A stretch of DNA of 63,999 bases, filler included, from Circinaria calcarea (GCA_051942165.1; 5 parts of 5 records of this genome joined end to end with filler, not necessarily neighbours in it), one strand, 5' to 3'; counted from the first letter of the whole stretch, positions 9,772 to 22,700 are shown. Numbers and translations are program-made. Notes: generated by a model not told the origin, from the letters alone.

Positions 9772-11837
9772 ATGTCATTGAGTACGAGGTTCCTTGTAGC
9801 GTGTACTGCAGGCCTTACAGCGCATCTTGGTCTCTTTGTTCGGGGAGAGTGGCACATGCAAGCACCTGCGGTGTTTGCCCTCCACATCCTTTTCAGTCTT
9901 CTCACAGTCTTATATGAATTCCGAAAGCTAGACCTCTCGCAGGCGTCTTTTTCGAATGCTCTTACAGTTATCCTTGCCTATTTATTCGGCTTGTACTCCA
10001 GCATCGTTACGTACCGCCTCTCATCCTTTCACCGTTTGCATAGCTTTCCAGGGCCGCGGATGGCAGCTGTCAGCAAGTTTTGGCATGTCTGGCAGTGTCG
10101 GGACTCGCGCAATCATCAGTTGATGGAACGATTACACGGGGAGTATAATAGTGATTTCGTCCGTATCGGTATGACCAAGACATATTCAAACCATAGTAAT
10201 ATAGACTGCAGCTATAGCTGCTTACTGACTACTCTAGGACCGAGTGAACTAGCTTCATTTCATCCGGAATCATTTGTCACTTTGGAAGGGTTTGGAACTC
10301 AGTGTAAAAAGTCTGATTTTTACGACTTGCTGCTACCCGACTTCTCGCTAGTATTTACTCGAGCAAATGATGTGCATAATGCAAGACGTAACGTCTGGAG
10401 CCGAGCTCTTAGTACAAAAGGTAAGATCTGCTATTCGCCTTTCTGCGTAATCATGCTTACCCAGAAATTGCCCAGCCATCTCCTCATATCAGAACAGGAT
10501 TAATCGGCAGATTGAAGTTCTGACAAAAATAATATCAGACTCAGCAGCTGCGCAGAAGCCGGTAGTAATGAACGAAGTTATGTACTGGTACGCCTTCGAC
10601 TCCATGGGCGAGTTTGCCTTTAATCAGGACTTCGGCATGATGCGGCGCCAGGAATGGCATTTTGCTATTACTTTGTTTCGACGTGCACTTTCTATCATCG
10701 GTCCCTTTTCACCGATTATCTGGTTGATCAAAATTGGATTCGCGTTTCTGCCTTGGTTCTGGAAGATCGGAGATTGGTTCGCAATGTTAGCTTTTTGTAA
10801 ACAACAAATGAACAACCGAATAAAGGTTTGTTGCTCATAACTAATAGCAACTATGACTCTGTCTTTTTTTGATCATACCATCTGACTTGATGCACAGACT
10901 ATACCGGAAGAAACAGATATTTCGTCCTTTTTTCTCGACGAGGCCAATAAGGGAAGAGACACCGCAGTTATGCAGAATTGGCTCTCAGGCGACGCAGCAA
11001 CAGTTATAGTTGCCGGGAGGTACGAGATACACATTCGATTTGACATTAAGTTTCCTTTCGTTCTTATCTGTAAAGCCGAACGTGGTCTCTACCCATGACT
11101 AATCCGAGTGAACAGTGACACGACAGCCCCAAGTCTAATATTTCTGTTCTACTGCCTTGCCAAATATCCTGAACATGCAGAAAAGGTATATTCTGAGCTT
11201 GCTGGAGTTGACCCTCTCGACCTTAATGCTGTCTCTACCTTACCTCATCTCAACGGCACTATCAATGAAGCCCAGCGGCTGTATTCTGTAGCGCCCACCA
11301 TAGTCTCCAGAGTGACTCCTCCGCACGGTATAATGATAGGCGATACCTTCATCCCTGGAAATACAAAGGTGCTGGCGCCCCGTTGGGTTGTTTTCAATCG
11401 TAAGTTGATGGATATGACTCTTTGCATTCCCTATTTGGGTCCATGCTAACCCTTTCAAGTGGAGAGTTGCTTCGAACGCTCCAAGGAGTTTATTCCAGAA
11501 CGCTGGTACAGCCGGCCGGAGATGGTGAAGAACAAGCATGCCTTCTCGCCTTTTGGAATGGGTCAGTACTCCATCTGATATAATACCAGTCTCACTTGGT
11601 CTATCTGCAAATGAATGAAAATTGCTAATCAGAGTCCTTGCATCTACAGGACGTGCCAGCTGCGTCGGACAAGGACTTGCAACTGCTCAGTTACGGCTAG
11701 TGATGGCTTCTCTGGTCAAAAAGTTCTACATTCAATTTCTACCAGGCGAGGACGGGAAGGAGGTATTGAGGGATATGAGAGATCAGCTCACAGCGCAGCC
11801 AGGGAAGCTCACTCTTATGTTTGTGCCGCGCAATTAA
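9772..11837 (+). CDS. Cytochrome P450 monooxygenase (multi-exon)
   Basis: N-terminal HLGLFVRGEWH anchor, FPGP, AFDSMGEFAF, I-helix AG|SDTT, EAQR (ExxR), FIPERW, heme motif PFGMG|RASCVG; GT-AG introns visible. Confidence 0.95.
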
Positions 11838-12103
11838 AACTGAAGAGATTCAGAAAGCCAGATAATGCGAACATATTGGATATGAGACTCGATGAAAAAT
11901 GAACTTGATATATTACTGAAATGGATTGGTACTTTCAATTATTACACTTCGAGTCCCCAACTTTTACTCCTACAAACGAGCATATAGAAGGTTCTGTGTT
12001 GACTTCTCATTGCCAGCCTAAGTTATGACAAACTAACAGCTAAGCCTAATGGGTTATGGGGCGATACTCAACAGAGGAGGAGATAATTACAAAGACGGGG
12101 CCC

Positions 12104-12967
12104 TCAATCATCCTCCCCCGGTGCCCATTCAAGAAACCTGAGCGAGGGGTTGAATACCAAATCAAACCCCACTTTCTTCAGTCTGCTCTTCATTACCTGC
12201 CCAATCGCTCCTTCTTCATCCTGCACCCATTTCGCCCTTCCCCATTCCTCATCAGACTCCTCCGGTTCACGGATTCGGCATTGGGCAAAGTCTAGTATCA
12301 CGATCCGGTACTCGTTTTCAGCATGGGACTGGGACCAGGTGGTGACCATGACGTTCGAGGGCCGGACGTCTTCGTTCAGGATTTCCCGGTCGTTGCAGCT
12401 ATGAACAACGCGGATGGCTTGGTCGCAGATGTTTTGCCACGCTTCCTCGGGTGCTTTCTCCGTGATTTCCCCGAGCGTGAAGCCGTCAATGAATTCGAGC
12501 AAAATGCCTTTAACTTCGCCGTACTCCGCTGGCAGAAGAGTCCCTATGGATGGCGGGGACGCCAGTGGCAATCGAACTTTTGTAATAAGCCGAGGAATAT
12601 CATTACCCTGGAGGTCCTGCAACTGGTCGTAGGCGCGGCATTCGCTGTCGTACAGGTCGAGACACTTGCTGTACAGATATACCTCATTCTGACCCAGACC
12701 CCATTTCTCGGAGGACGTCTCTTTCCAAAAGCTGTCTGTGCCCTGGAGGTCCTGCAACTGGTTATGGACTCCGCATTTGCTGTCGTACAGGTCTAGGGGC
12801 TTGTTGTATAGGTGTACCTCATTCTGACCCCAATCCCGTTCCTGGGGGGGCTCCCCTTTCCAGCCCTTGTCTCCCTCCAAGCCCTTGTCTCCCTCCAAGC
12901 CCTTGTCTCCCTCCAAGCCCTTGTCTCCCTCCAAGCCCTTGTCTCCCTCCAAGCCCTTGTCTCCCTC
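12104..12967 (-). CDS. Atypical protein-kinase-like fold protein, 5' end lost at contig end
   Basis: ECRAYDQLQDLQGNDIPRL, GILLEFIDG, catalytic-loop-like ILNEDVRPSNVMV, DFG-like ILDFAQ. Confidence 0.75.
   Translation of the reverse strand, partial: EGDKGLEGDKGLEGDKGLEGDKGLEGDKGLEGDKGWKGEPPQERDWGQNEVHLYNKPLDLYDSKCGVHNQLQDLQGTDSFWKETSSEKWGLGQNEVYLYSKCLDLYDSECRAYDQLQDLQGNDIPRLITKVRLPLASPPSIGTLLPAEYGEVKGILLEFIDGFTLGEITEKAPEEAWQNICDQAIRVVHSCNDREILNEDVRPSNVMVTTWSQSHAENEYRIVILDFAQCRIREPEESDEEWGRAKWVQDEEGAIGQVMKSRLKKVGFDLVFNPSLRFLEWAPGEDD
12863..12967. repeat. 18-bp tandem repeat GCCCTTGTCTCCCTCCAA, at least 5.8 copies (LEGDKG in the kinase frame), running into the gap
   Basis: Read directly from the sequence. 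Confidence 0.95.
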
Positions 12968-13067
12968 NNNNNNNNNNNNNNNNNNNNNNNNNNNNNNNNN
13001 NNNNNNNNNNNTTAATTAATTAANNNNNNNNNNNNNNNNNNNNNNNNNNNNNNNNNNNNNNNNNNNN
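12968..13067. other. Artificial contig spacer (N44-TTAATTAATTAA-N44)
   Basis: Identical 100-nt spacer with stops in all six frames occurs 4 times. Confidence 0.98.
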
Positions 13068-13554
13068 TGTCAGCGAGTATCCTGGGTTGAGCATAACTAC
13101 TTTTATTTCTGCTTGGAAAAGTAACAGACCCTTTTCAAGCTGAATAAAATGTAGTACTCATCCGCAAGCGTTGAAAAGTATATAGTGAGGAGAAAGGGCA
13201 CATGAAGTGGAGAGTAACGAGTATAGGAACGACATGGACGGCCGACTTACCAAGGAACACCACCGGGAGGAGCGTGACAAGAACATCCCAGCATAGCACA
13301 AAATAGGTAAGTGTAGTTCGTTTCCTCAATAACTGGGGTTTAGTTGGCCAGTCTTTGTCGTCATCTTTGTTTTTATATTCATTTAGGCATTCTTCTGTAT
13401 CAATCATTCGATAGGGCCCGTGCGTGGTCGCTGCTGGAACAGGTTTCCGCTTTAAGTTGTGTGACCTTGCGAGAGGGGAAGACTTGGCGTTGGCATGAAA
13501 GACCTGCAAATCATTCGAGCAGGCCTCGTGGCTGAGTGGAGAGGTTGGGCCCAT
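13068..13554 (-). CDS. 5' fragment of a hypothetical membrane protein, truncated by contig end
   Basis: ATG at 13554, TM segment YFVLCWDVLVTLLPVVFL followed by a GTAAGT donor at ~13250. Confidence 0.5.
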
Positions 13555-14260
13555 TTCAACATAGAATGGTTGTTTATCCCGACCGGTTCTATGGGTGGTG
13601 TTGGTCTCGATGCTTGTTTCAAGAGGGATTAACTGTTATTGTGAGAGATCATCAAATCAACCATAAATTTTGGAGGATGGAAATCGGAATAGTAGAGCCA
13701 GAAGAGAATAGATAAGAAAGCGCGCAAAACACAGCCTCAACGTCTACTCCGTAAAGCTGCATGATTTACGCCCCAAAGCAAGTACTTGACAATAAAAAGT
13801 ATATACAGTCTCAAACCCCTACCTGCAGATATGCCTTAGGCAGGTAATAGCCAGTAATCTATGCATCTGTTGACGGCCATTGGCCTTGAGACAGTACGAT
13901 CGTTCTATCTTTAAAGTGGTAGACGTGGGTCAGCCTTATCTGTCTGGCTGCCTGCATAAATACAAAAATAGAATTCTACGTCTGCTCATGTAGCATATGG
14001 TAACCTACAGTGTGCAGTTTTAGGCGATGACGAAACATGAAGCCACATTTATGCGATCCAAGCCTTTTAGAGCAGACATCTGCCGAGCATAGGTACCCTT
14101 CCCGGTTGTTTGTACAACTCCTTGATAACGGAGGTCACCTTCTTTTATCTGTGAGTAATTCCATATCATCGGTATATCCTAGCTGTCCGTAAGAAACTAA
14201 AATTCATTCATCGTATTACGTTTATATGGCAGTTCAACAACTTGGGTATCAACTCATTCC

Positions 14261-15724
14261 CTATATATGAAAAACAAGCACTGCAATAACTCCAATCACA
14301 ATACCAAGCTTCCCCATCCAAAACCACAGTAGCGAACAGAGCCCCAAAAACTTTAGCCAATCCGTGGGGGTCCCTTTATGGTGTATAGTTCCGAATCTGC
14401 TATCGCGTTTCCCTTGCTCCCGTGGATTCATCATGAACGCACAAAGAGTACCGGATAAAGCCTTACCGCCGTTGATGACAAGAGACAGGTAGTGATGGTA
14501 TTGAGGGAGCGGTATCGGTGGACATAACCATTCCTCCCATCGAACGTTGGTAGGATCTTGGATTGCCTCCTCGTATCTCCGCACCCAAAAGGGCGTCAGC
14601 ACTCCATTGCTATCGAACGGTTTGCCCTTCACCATCCATTGCCGCCAGCGTTCGACGACCTCCAGCGCTTTCTCTTCGCTAATCTCGAACCATTCTCCGT
14701 GCTCCCGCGCCACCTGCTTATTCGTCGTCTTGCATTTCCCACAGACAAATTTACGCCGGAGATTGTGCAGCTCGACCTTGATCAGCTTCTCCACCGCGCC
14801 ATAGCCCCTGAATGGCTTGTCGTGTGGGTCTTCCACGATGTTGTAGGGTTGTTTGCAATGGTACTTTTGTTGGGAGACACGGTCCTTGGGTACTTGTATT
14901 GTCATGCCTATTTTAATAAAGCGGGGGCAGGATGGGAGGGTGAAAATATAGATGTAACCGAGATCGGTGTTAGACGGTAGGATATTGCCAGCGTCAACCT
15001 TTTTCTCAAGCTCTCGGCGACGGATTTGACGGAAGAGTTCGTTATTAATCGAATTGGGTTGCATATTTTCTTCATGATAACGTTCGAAACTGGGCACTGC
15101 GTCTAGAACTTGGCTAGTTTCAGGTATGGGTCTAACTTCTCCGGAAAAATTGCTATCTAGATCGAATTCTTGGTCTAGCGGCCTGGAAGAAGTTAAGATC
15201 GTATCATTTTCGATGCTTAGTTGAATGCCGGATATCGCACTCAAATTTTGGAGGATAGACGTAGGTCTTTGCGCTGAAGGTCTCCGTACCCTTGATGGTG
15301 AGCTACCAAGCGTGGAGCTGGCACGTGTTCTTAATTGACCTAAGGGCGATGGAGACGGAGTACCCCGACACCTTTTGCCCAAGTTTGAATGTGCGAAGTC
15401 TGGTGGTGTCAAAGGAGTTGACGCACGCGATATGGATGAGCGATCAGAAATACTCTCAACCTCTGAGGACGGGGATTCGTCAACAAAAGCTTGCTTGGCG
15501 ACCTGAACAGAGGCAATGTATTTGTCTAAGGTCCGAAACTTGGCATGGCTTCTTCTGCGGTCCGTCAACTGTTTAGGCGTCGTTCCTGATCGAGGTCGAT
15601 TTGGTGTCACACTAGTCACGCGGGAGACATCCGAATCAGAAAGCTCGGCTGACGAGTCTCGCCAGCTTCCCGGAATAGGCACAGGGGAGTTGTCGTCGAA
15701 GGCAGAGTTGCTAGTAACGTTCAT
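14261..15724 (-). CDS. T5orf172/MUG113 (GIY-YIG-like) domain protein with disordered N-terminus and C-terminal TM helices
   Basis: GYIYIF...FIKIGMT...RVSQQKYHC...VEKLIKVEL..FVCGKC...HGEWFEI signature; hydrophobic C-terminus. Confidence 0.85.
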   Translation of the reverse strand: MNVTSNSAFDDNSPVPIPGSWRDSSAELSDSDVSRVTSVTPNRPRSGTTPKQLTDRRRSHAKFRTLDKYIASVQVAKQAFVDESPSSEVESISDRSSISRASTPLTPPDFAHSNLGKRCRGTPSPSPLGQLRTRASSTLGSSPSRVRRPSAQRPTSILQNLSAISGIQLSIENDTILTSSRPLDQEFDLDSNFSGEVRPIPETSQVLDAVPSFERYHEENMQPNSINNELFRQIRRRELEKKVDAGNILPSNTDLGYIYIFTLPSCPRFIKIGMTIQVPKDRVSQQKYHCKQPYNIVEDPHDKPFRGYGAVEKLIKVELHNLRRKFVCGKCKTTNKQVAREHGEWFEISEEKALEVVERWRQWMVKGKPFDSNGVLTPFWVRRYEEAIQDPTNVRWEEWLCPPIPLPQYHHYLSLVINGGKALSGTLCAFMMNPREQGKRDSRFGTIHHKGTPTDWLKFLGLCSLLWFWMGKLGIVIGVIAVLVFHI

Positions 15725-16724
15725 GGTGACCGTAGGAAGGACACTGAACTCTCAAGTGGATATAAACTCCGTCCAGGTGGTTAGATAGCCATATAGTTGT
15801 TGAACCCTGTTTTCACTTTATACTTTACTCCGTCCTTGCACACCGCCGTACCATCCGGCCCAGGCCTCATCACTTCCATCGACGGTCTGGCTAAGCCGAG
15901 GGGCTCAGACAGCTCTTGTGATGTCGTAACGCTTTGTGGCTTACAGGAATAGAAAAAATCGGGCCGATGCTGGCTGTTTGAGCCCCTGTATACATACCAC
16001 CCGGGGATTAGCGGCGTCTCGGGCCGTACTTGGCGTAACGATTTCGCGTGGCGCAATCGGGTTGTTAATCTGTGATTGGGCGGGGATGACCGGTCAAGGG
16101 TCCGATGTCAAGGGAATGAAACGGCTTCAGCTTTTGAGAGTTTTGGTTTGCTGTGGGCAGTACATCAAAAAGACATACTAGACAGAGGCTGTGAGTTACC
16201 CGATACGGCCATGACAGATGTGGCCATGGAAAAAGGTTTTCATTAACAACCACACGATCATCTCTGAGAATCGTCGTTTGGTAAATCCATTAGAGATCGC
16301 AAGCTTGTTTCGACAGGCAAGCAAACAATTAGTCGTCGTCGATAGACGGCTCTACTTCCCACTATGGCAAAGAACAAAATGAACCCGAACCCAGCCATCG
16401 CGAACATGAGGGAAGTGACGGAACGAGGTGGCTTCCCCGGTACTTTTGAACATAACAGGGCTCAGCTTCATTCCGTTACCCAAGGAAACTAAACACGCAT
16501 CCACAACCAGCCTAGCGAAAACCTCAAGAGATACCAAATAGCCTCGAATTTCTCGCGAATACGGTAATGAATGATAATGCGTTGCACGAAAAATGCCGCA
16601 CCTTCGATTTCCAGTACACAAACGTCATACTGTACAATACATACCTAAAGTATACTAAGTAGAAGGATACCGTCCGACACTAACGGTCCCTGTCCTCGAT
16701 CTGCGCCATGATTTTACATCTCAA

Positions 16725-19700
16725 TCAAGAACCACCAAAGGTAAGTTTCAATGCAATCGTCGGTTCGCCTCGTTCTCCTCCACCCCGACTAGACTCACTC
16801 CTTGCGCCTCCGCCTTCCCGGATAATCTGCTCCATGAAGCTCCTCTGCTCTGCACTCATCTTAAGCACGACGCCTCTGAACGCCCCTTGGTCTGTGCCAG
16901 CCAGAGCCAAAAGTCTGGCCGCTGTTTCTGGGTACAGATCTTTACCACGGTTGGATGCACTATGCAAAAGCGCGGGAATTATGATCGTGAGTGCCGCCGA
17001 AATGTCACCATTAATTGTGGACGTGTATGACGTCAAAGTATATGATATAAGACTTCGCACCTGTTCTGGATCTGGTTGAGAATCGTCAATGAAAAAGTGT
17101 AGTAGGCGAGGGAATAAGTATCGTGCGATAGCGTCTCCTGTTTCTGACTTTTGCCGGGTAAGTAGAAGAGATCGCACGCAGTTGGCGGCCACTGCTGCGA
17201 GACCAACATCTTGCAGACAATCAAGCAAATCATCCAAGAGCTCCGTTACAAGTGGCTCATGAATTGTAATGGTATTCGATCCGCTAGTGAGGAGGATGGT
17301 GGACGCCAAAAGGGTATTCTTGGCGCATTGCAAGCTAGCTTCGTCCTCCCTACGCTGGGCAATTGTTAATATTGATTTGAGACGTTGTAGGCATCCCATA
17401 ATTTGATCGGTCACTACTGTGGTTGCCTCCATATCTCGGGTGACGCTTTGGAGGAAGCGTTTGAAAATGGGTAACATCTGTCCAACCACTGATGATTGAC
17501 ATGCGCCAGTGCTCAATATCGTGGTGAACAGGTGGAGAATGCAGGCATGTAGGTCAGCCCTTATGACGGATGGGAAGACATCTGCAACATCGACAAGTGC
17601 CTCGAGCGATAGGACAACTAAGCTCGCAGCGTCATCAGAGAGCTGGTGACGGAGTGCAGCCGTCTTCCCCGCAAGATTCGGTATAAGACCGACGATGACT
17701 AAAACGATGATTCTCGTAAGCTCAAACAGCTGCTCAATATTGTCTGAGAGGTGTTCTTCGCCTTCCCCTTCTTCATCAGCCGAAGGATGAGACAAGCAGA
17801 GATTCCTTGTGATTTCCACGATAACTTTTTGCACATCCAGACCCTCGGTAAGTGCAAGACGATCAAAGAGCTCCATAGTCTCGGAAAAGACAATATCCTG
17901 GTAGATTGCATGACCAGCTACGGATGGGCGGAGTATTTTCTTAAGGGCCTGTAGGATCTCTAGCGTCTGGTCCTTGGTATTTTCTGCATTGCTCCCAGGT
18001 CGTGTTACTAGAGCCTCAAAAGATATCCCAAATAAAACGAAGAAGAAGGCCACTGGTTCATCGCGGTAATTTATTGAGTTGCTGACTGGCTTAGTGCCAT
18101 TAATGGCTACCTGTCCAGATTTACCATCCAAGGCATCGAAGATAAAATCGCTAGCCGGGTCTATCAGACTAGAGATAGCGTCCACAAGCTTCAGCCAGGA
18201 ATCTTGGTAGAACTGCAAGATATCAGCTTGACACATCCGGAGGTTTTAATTTCAGGCTACCTTCAACAACGTTTGCCTGTTCAAAGCAGCATAGACCGTA
18301 TCCAGGCTATCGTCTGTGTTAATTCCTATGCTGCTTGAGATATCCGGCTCGAAGCGTAGGTGTGCAAACTCTTGTAGTGACGAAAGCCACAGTGGGATGA
18401 GATTAGCAACATGGGGTTTGACAACGTCCATGAGGTAGGCCTGTTCTGTGCTAGCAACCTGAAGCTCTGCCCATCCCGAAAGGACGGCCATCTTGACCAT
18501 TTTCTGCGCATTAGATGTCAACCCTCGGAGATCACCAATGGCAGGGTCTCCGGATTCAACTATCTATTGTCAACGCTGCTAGGTTCCCTAAAATGTCATT
18601 TATGCATACCAGTAAAGCTAGTGAGAGCCGCGACCAGGAGCTTGAGAATCCTCCCCATTCTGTCGACATCGGTAACAAGTCCTGTAGCAATGAAAGTTGC
18701 GCACACATTCACTGCTGCTGAAGCTAGTTCAGGAGAAGAATCAACGCCAAAGGCTGGTGTCAGGGCTGAGCTAATCTGTGCTTGATACTGCTCTAATAGT
18801 AAAGCCTCGGCGAAGTCAGGATCGGGTGTGCGGCCGAATATCTTCGATATTATCAGTTGGATATGCCCATATTGCCACTCAACTATGCACTTACTGTCAA
18901 AACCTGATCGATCAGTCGGAGACCGCCAATTCGAAGCTCGACGACAGATGAAGTAGACGCCAGGAATGCCATTCGGATGATATCAGCAACCTTCACTTGC
19001 AAGATCATCCCCGCAGGCGACTCCGGAGTCGACTGGAGGTCTCTACCTCCGTCGGAGAGTACATCACTGAGACACTGTAAAGCAAATGCACGGACTTGCC
19101 ATCTCAAGAGCTCCTGTCCTTTGGTCGCCGAACCGCCATTCTCTTCCTTAGTTTCACTTAGCGCTCCTGCAACCTCTTCGTCTTGGACCTCTGGAGCAGC
19201 CGTAGCCTGAGTATCTGTGATTGGCAGTTGTCCATCGGACTTTGCTATGGTTTTAGTCAGGACTTCCTGGCAGCGTACAATCCACTGGCCTGTTTCAGTC
19301 AGACTGGTTTGTCTTAGCCACGCCTCTATTATACTACGAATGCCATTTGAGAGGAAAGGATGATCGAGCGATGCCCAGATCTGGTTCTCGAAGCTATCAG
19401 TAGCACATTGAAGAGTCTGTCGCGCGCTACGTCGCATAAGGCTGTAGAGGCCGTCGATTGCTATCTCATGGCTGGTAGAGTTGGGCGTCTCAAGACCCTT
19501 TTGCAACTGGCGCACATACGTTGGAAGCTGAACGTGTACGGGAGCATAGAGATATATGTGCTCCCAGCACTGCAAAGCCTGGGCTTGCACTAGTGCTAGA
19601 TTGTCGAGATCGAACTGACGCACCAAAGTAAGTATCAGATCACGTACTTTACTCATGTCTTGCAGGTCAGGACCAAGAACATTAATGAGAGACCCAAGAG

Positions 19701-22700
19701 TGTGGGCTATAGCAGCTGGCGTAGGTAACTCCATTTCAGAGTTGGAGGTTACCAAGACATCAGATTCCTCGCTGTGCGTATCGGAGATCCATAGTTGCGC
19801 TAGAAGTCCTAGAGTACTAGGCACGTAACCTGAGAATGTGAGACCAGCCGATTCGGCAACCTTGGACAAAGCCTCAATCGCCCAGAAATGTACAGTAGGA
19901 TGCGGGTCACTACACAGAGACATCAAGACTCCGTGGATCTTCCTCAAGTGAAAACCGGCTGCCATGCCGCCCACGTGGGAGTGAATCAATCCCAATGCCA
20001 TTGCACATCCAGCACGCGCATTTGGTTCCCGGTTGGATACTATGATTTCTACCAGACTGTCAACCTCGTTTGTGGTAAAGGTGTTGCCGGAACTGTTGCA
20101 AAGTCGTCCTAACGCCTCGTACGCTGGGTTTCGAATGCATTTGTCTTGATCGATGATCAACACCTAGAATCTATGAGCTTCTATAGATATTTACACGATG
20201 GAAAGCTAACTCGAAGAATATCATCTAAGCATTTCTCAACGGCTGGATGCTTCAACTCTCCAGAAAGGGCTAGAGTTTCACTCGTTGCAACTTTCATAGT
20301 CCCGAGGAGGGCTAAAGCAACATTGACGGTAATCGCGGCTTTCCTTCCAGGATCTCTCTGTAAGCTCTTTGTGGATAAAGAGCTTGCAAGCTGCTCAAGC
20401 ATGCTCTCTTGCACCTTTGGATCTTGAAGCGGTAAAGCCATAGCGAATAGAGCGATGGCTGAATTGACGACTTCGGTGGCAGGGGGATCGGGTAGCTCCT
20501 CCGACTCGTGATTCCCAGCCAGGTGTATATAGACCGAGTCGTGTTCTCGTGCACCAGAAACAGGAGAGAGAAGCTAATAGCGTCAGCTTCATGCTTATCA
20601 GTACCGTGAATAACTTATATATACCATCTGATCCAACTCTGCATCCATTGCGCCACTTTTATACCAAGGACCTTGGGTAGCTTGCGGCTGTTCACCCGGC
20701 AGCGGTTTTATTTCTAATCCCCGTATAGATCCCGAGACCCCAAAGCCATAGTTATCTGACGTGTTCCAGATACTATCAAAGTTGCTTGCAGAATTTGCGA
20801 TTGAAGTTCCCAACGAACCCTGGGAATAGCCTTCTGGTTCGGCAAAGCACATTACAGTGAAATTAAGGATATCAGACTGAGTGAGTATCTCCCTACTAGT
20901 ATGCGGACTGCGGGTTGCGATGCGAGTATAGCACTGTAATACTCTTCGTCGTACCATCTGTACTAGATCCTGTATCTGCAAAGAAGGCGTTATTCGGGAT
21001 GATATTTCCCCATTGGTCCTATCAGGAGGTAGATGATCGAGAAATACCGTAGTATTCTTTAGTAACGACGCAATGCGTTTGGAGACGTCAGACGTGACCA
21101 ATCGGCTATTAAACTCGAGAAATGATAGTATAGACCCCAGAGCGCATTCGCGTACATGTGTCAAGTAACTGAGTTCGCCTGCTTGCCTTTGACCTGCGTT
21201 TTCTCTTGTAAGGGCCTTCGGTAGGGCATTCCGCCACAGTAGTAAAAGTTGAGAGATATGTATCTTGACGAAATTGGGACCCAGTGACATGAGGCCCCCA
21301 ATCAAAATCCATGCCACCTGAACTTGTGTACCTGATACTCGAAGTTCCTCGTTTATACTCGACTTTAAGAGGTTAGTTGCCACGTTCAGGACCCGCGAGC
21401 TGATCTCCAGCGAACTATATAGTGGCTGTAGTGGCGAAACACTGATGACGGCTGCAAGACCATTGGCGTATCCGACGCATCGACGGGCTGCCTGACGACC
21501 AGTGCCGAGCTGCCCCAGTTCCCGGTTTACACAATTCATACAAATGGAAGCACATTGTGAAAGCTGCTGCGGACATGCTAGTGCAAATAGCCGAAGACAA
21601 TACGAAGCATGAATCTGAACAGTGTAACTTTGGTGCTGTAATACCTGAACTAACGCCTCCCGGCATATCTCAGCGTGGAGGCTAAATGCAGAGCCCAAAG
21701 AACTGATAAGTGAAGTCAAGACGTTGAGCGTTCCCGTCAAAGTATTTTTGGACGGTTCAGATCTCTCCTTGATGACCTGAGGGTAATTCTTGAGGAAGTC
21801 ATTGATCAACGTTTTCGCGGCGCTGAGTTGGCCTCTTTCCCCAAGGATCTCACATCCCACAATATCCCCCAGAAGCTTCTGCATAAACCTTCTCGTCAAT
21901 AATAGACGATATCTGTTTTGAGCAACCACGGGACTGCTCAACAAGTCTATCAACAGATGATCCGCGATTAGACCGTAACTGTTCTCAATTAGCCGCGTAT
22001 CTAAACCCTTGAAGAATTTTGCATAGCAGCATATAATTGCTGCTCGACTTCTGTTGCTTGTTGAAGAACGCACGTATTGGCTCGATAGCTGCCTCAGCAT
22101 GTCCGATAGCGTAAACTCGAGCCGTACAGACTTTTTCCATGTAGGTGAAGCTATGCGTGCGCCATCCGAGTCTTCTCCTTCGGCAGCGACCGACAACGCC
22201 TGCCCTGGAGTAGGTTTCTTAGACTTCTTTGCTTTTAGAACTGTCTTGTCCGAGGCATTCTCTGAGTAGGCTTTGATAAGTACTGAAGCTAGACAGGAGG
22301 CAGAGGCATGGCGGACTGCAGCAATCGGATTGTCACCAACTTTCCAGATAGTATTCTTGAGTGACTCGAAGTCAGTTGTATTGTTGAAGTAAAAAGTCCC
22401 TCTGATCAACTGTTCCAAACACCAGCAGGCATTCACTTGGGCCAACGCTCCTTTGTCACCAGACGCGGTATTTCTTGCTTGTTTCCAGATGTCCCTTGCA
22501 ACAACCTCATCGAGCGAACCCTGCACAGCTCCAACAACTTTGCCGAGTGTTTTGAAAATCGCAGATCGAAGAGCAACATGGCTATATGCGGACTTGATGA
22601 GACGCGTAAGGGCAGAACATGTGATACTAGCCAGATTTGTTGCATTATCTCCAGCAACTCTGTATATCTCTCCAAGGCAATATACAGCCGCATGTCTGTT

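Noticed and set aside
12863..12967. Regular short repeats resembling a CRISPR array
   Set aside because: Head-to-tail 18-bp units with no spacers, eukaryotic context, no cas genes
12968..13067. TTAATTAATTAA motif recurring about every 12.96 kb, as if a periodic element
   Set aside because: Embedded in N runs and identical each time; an assembly linker
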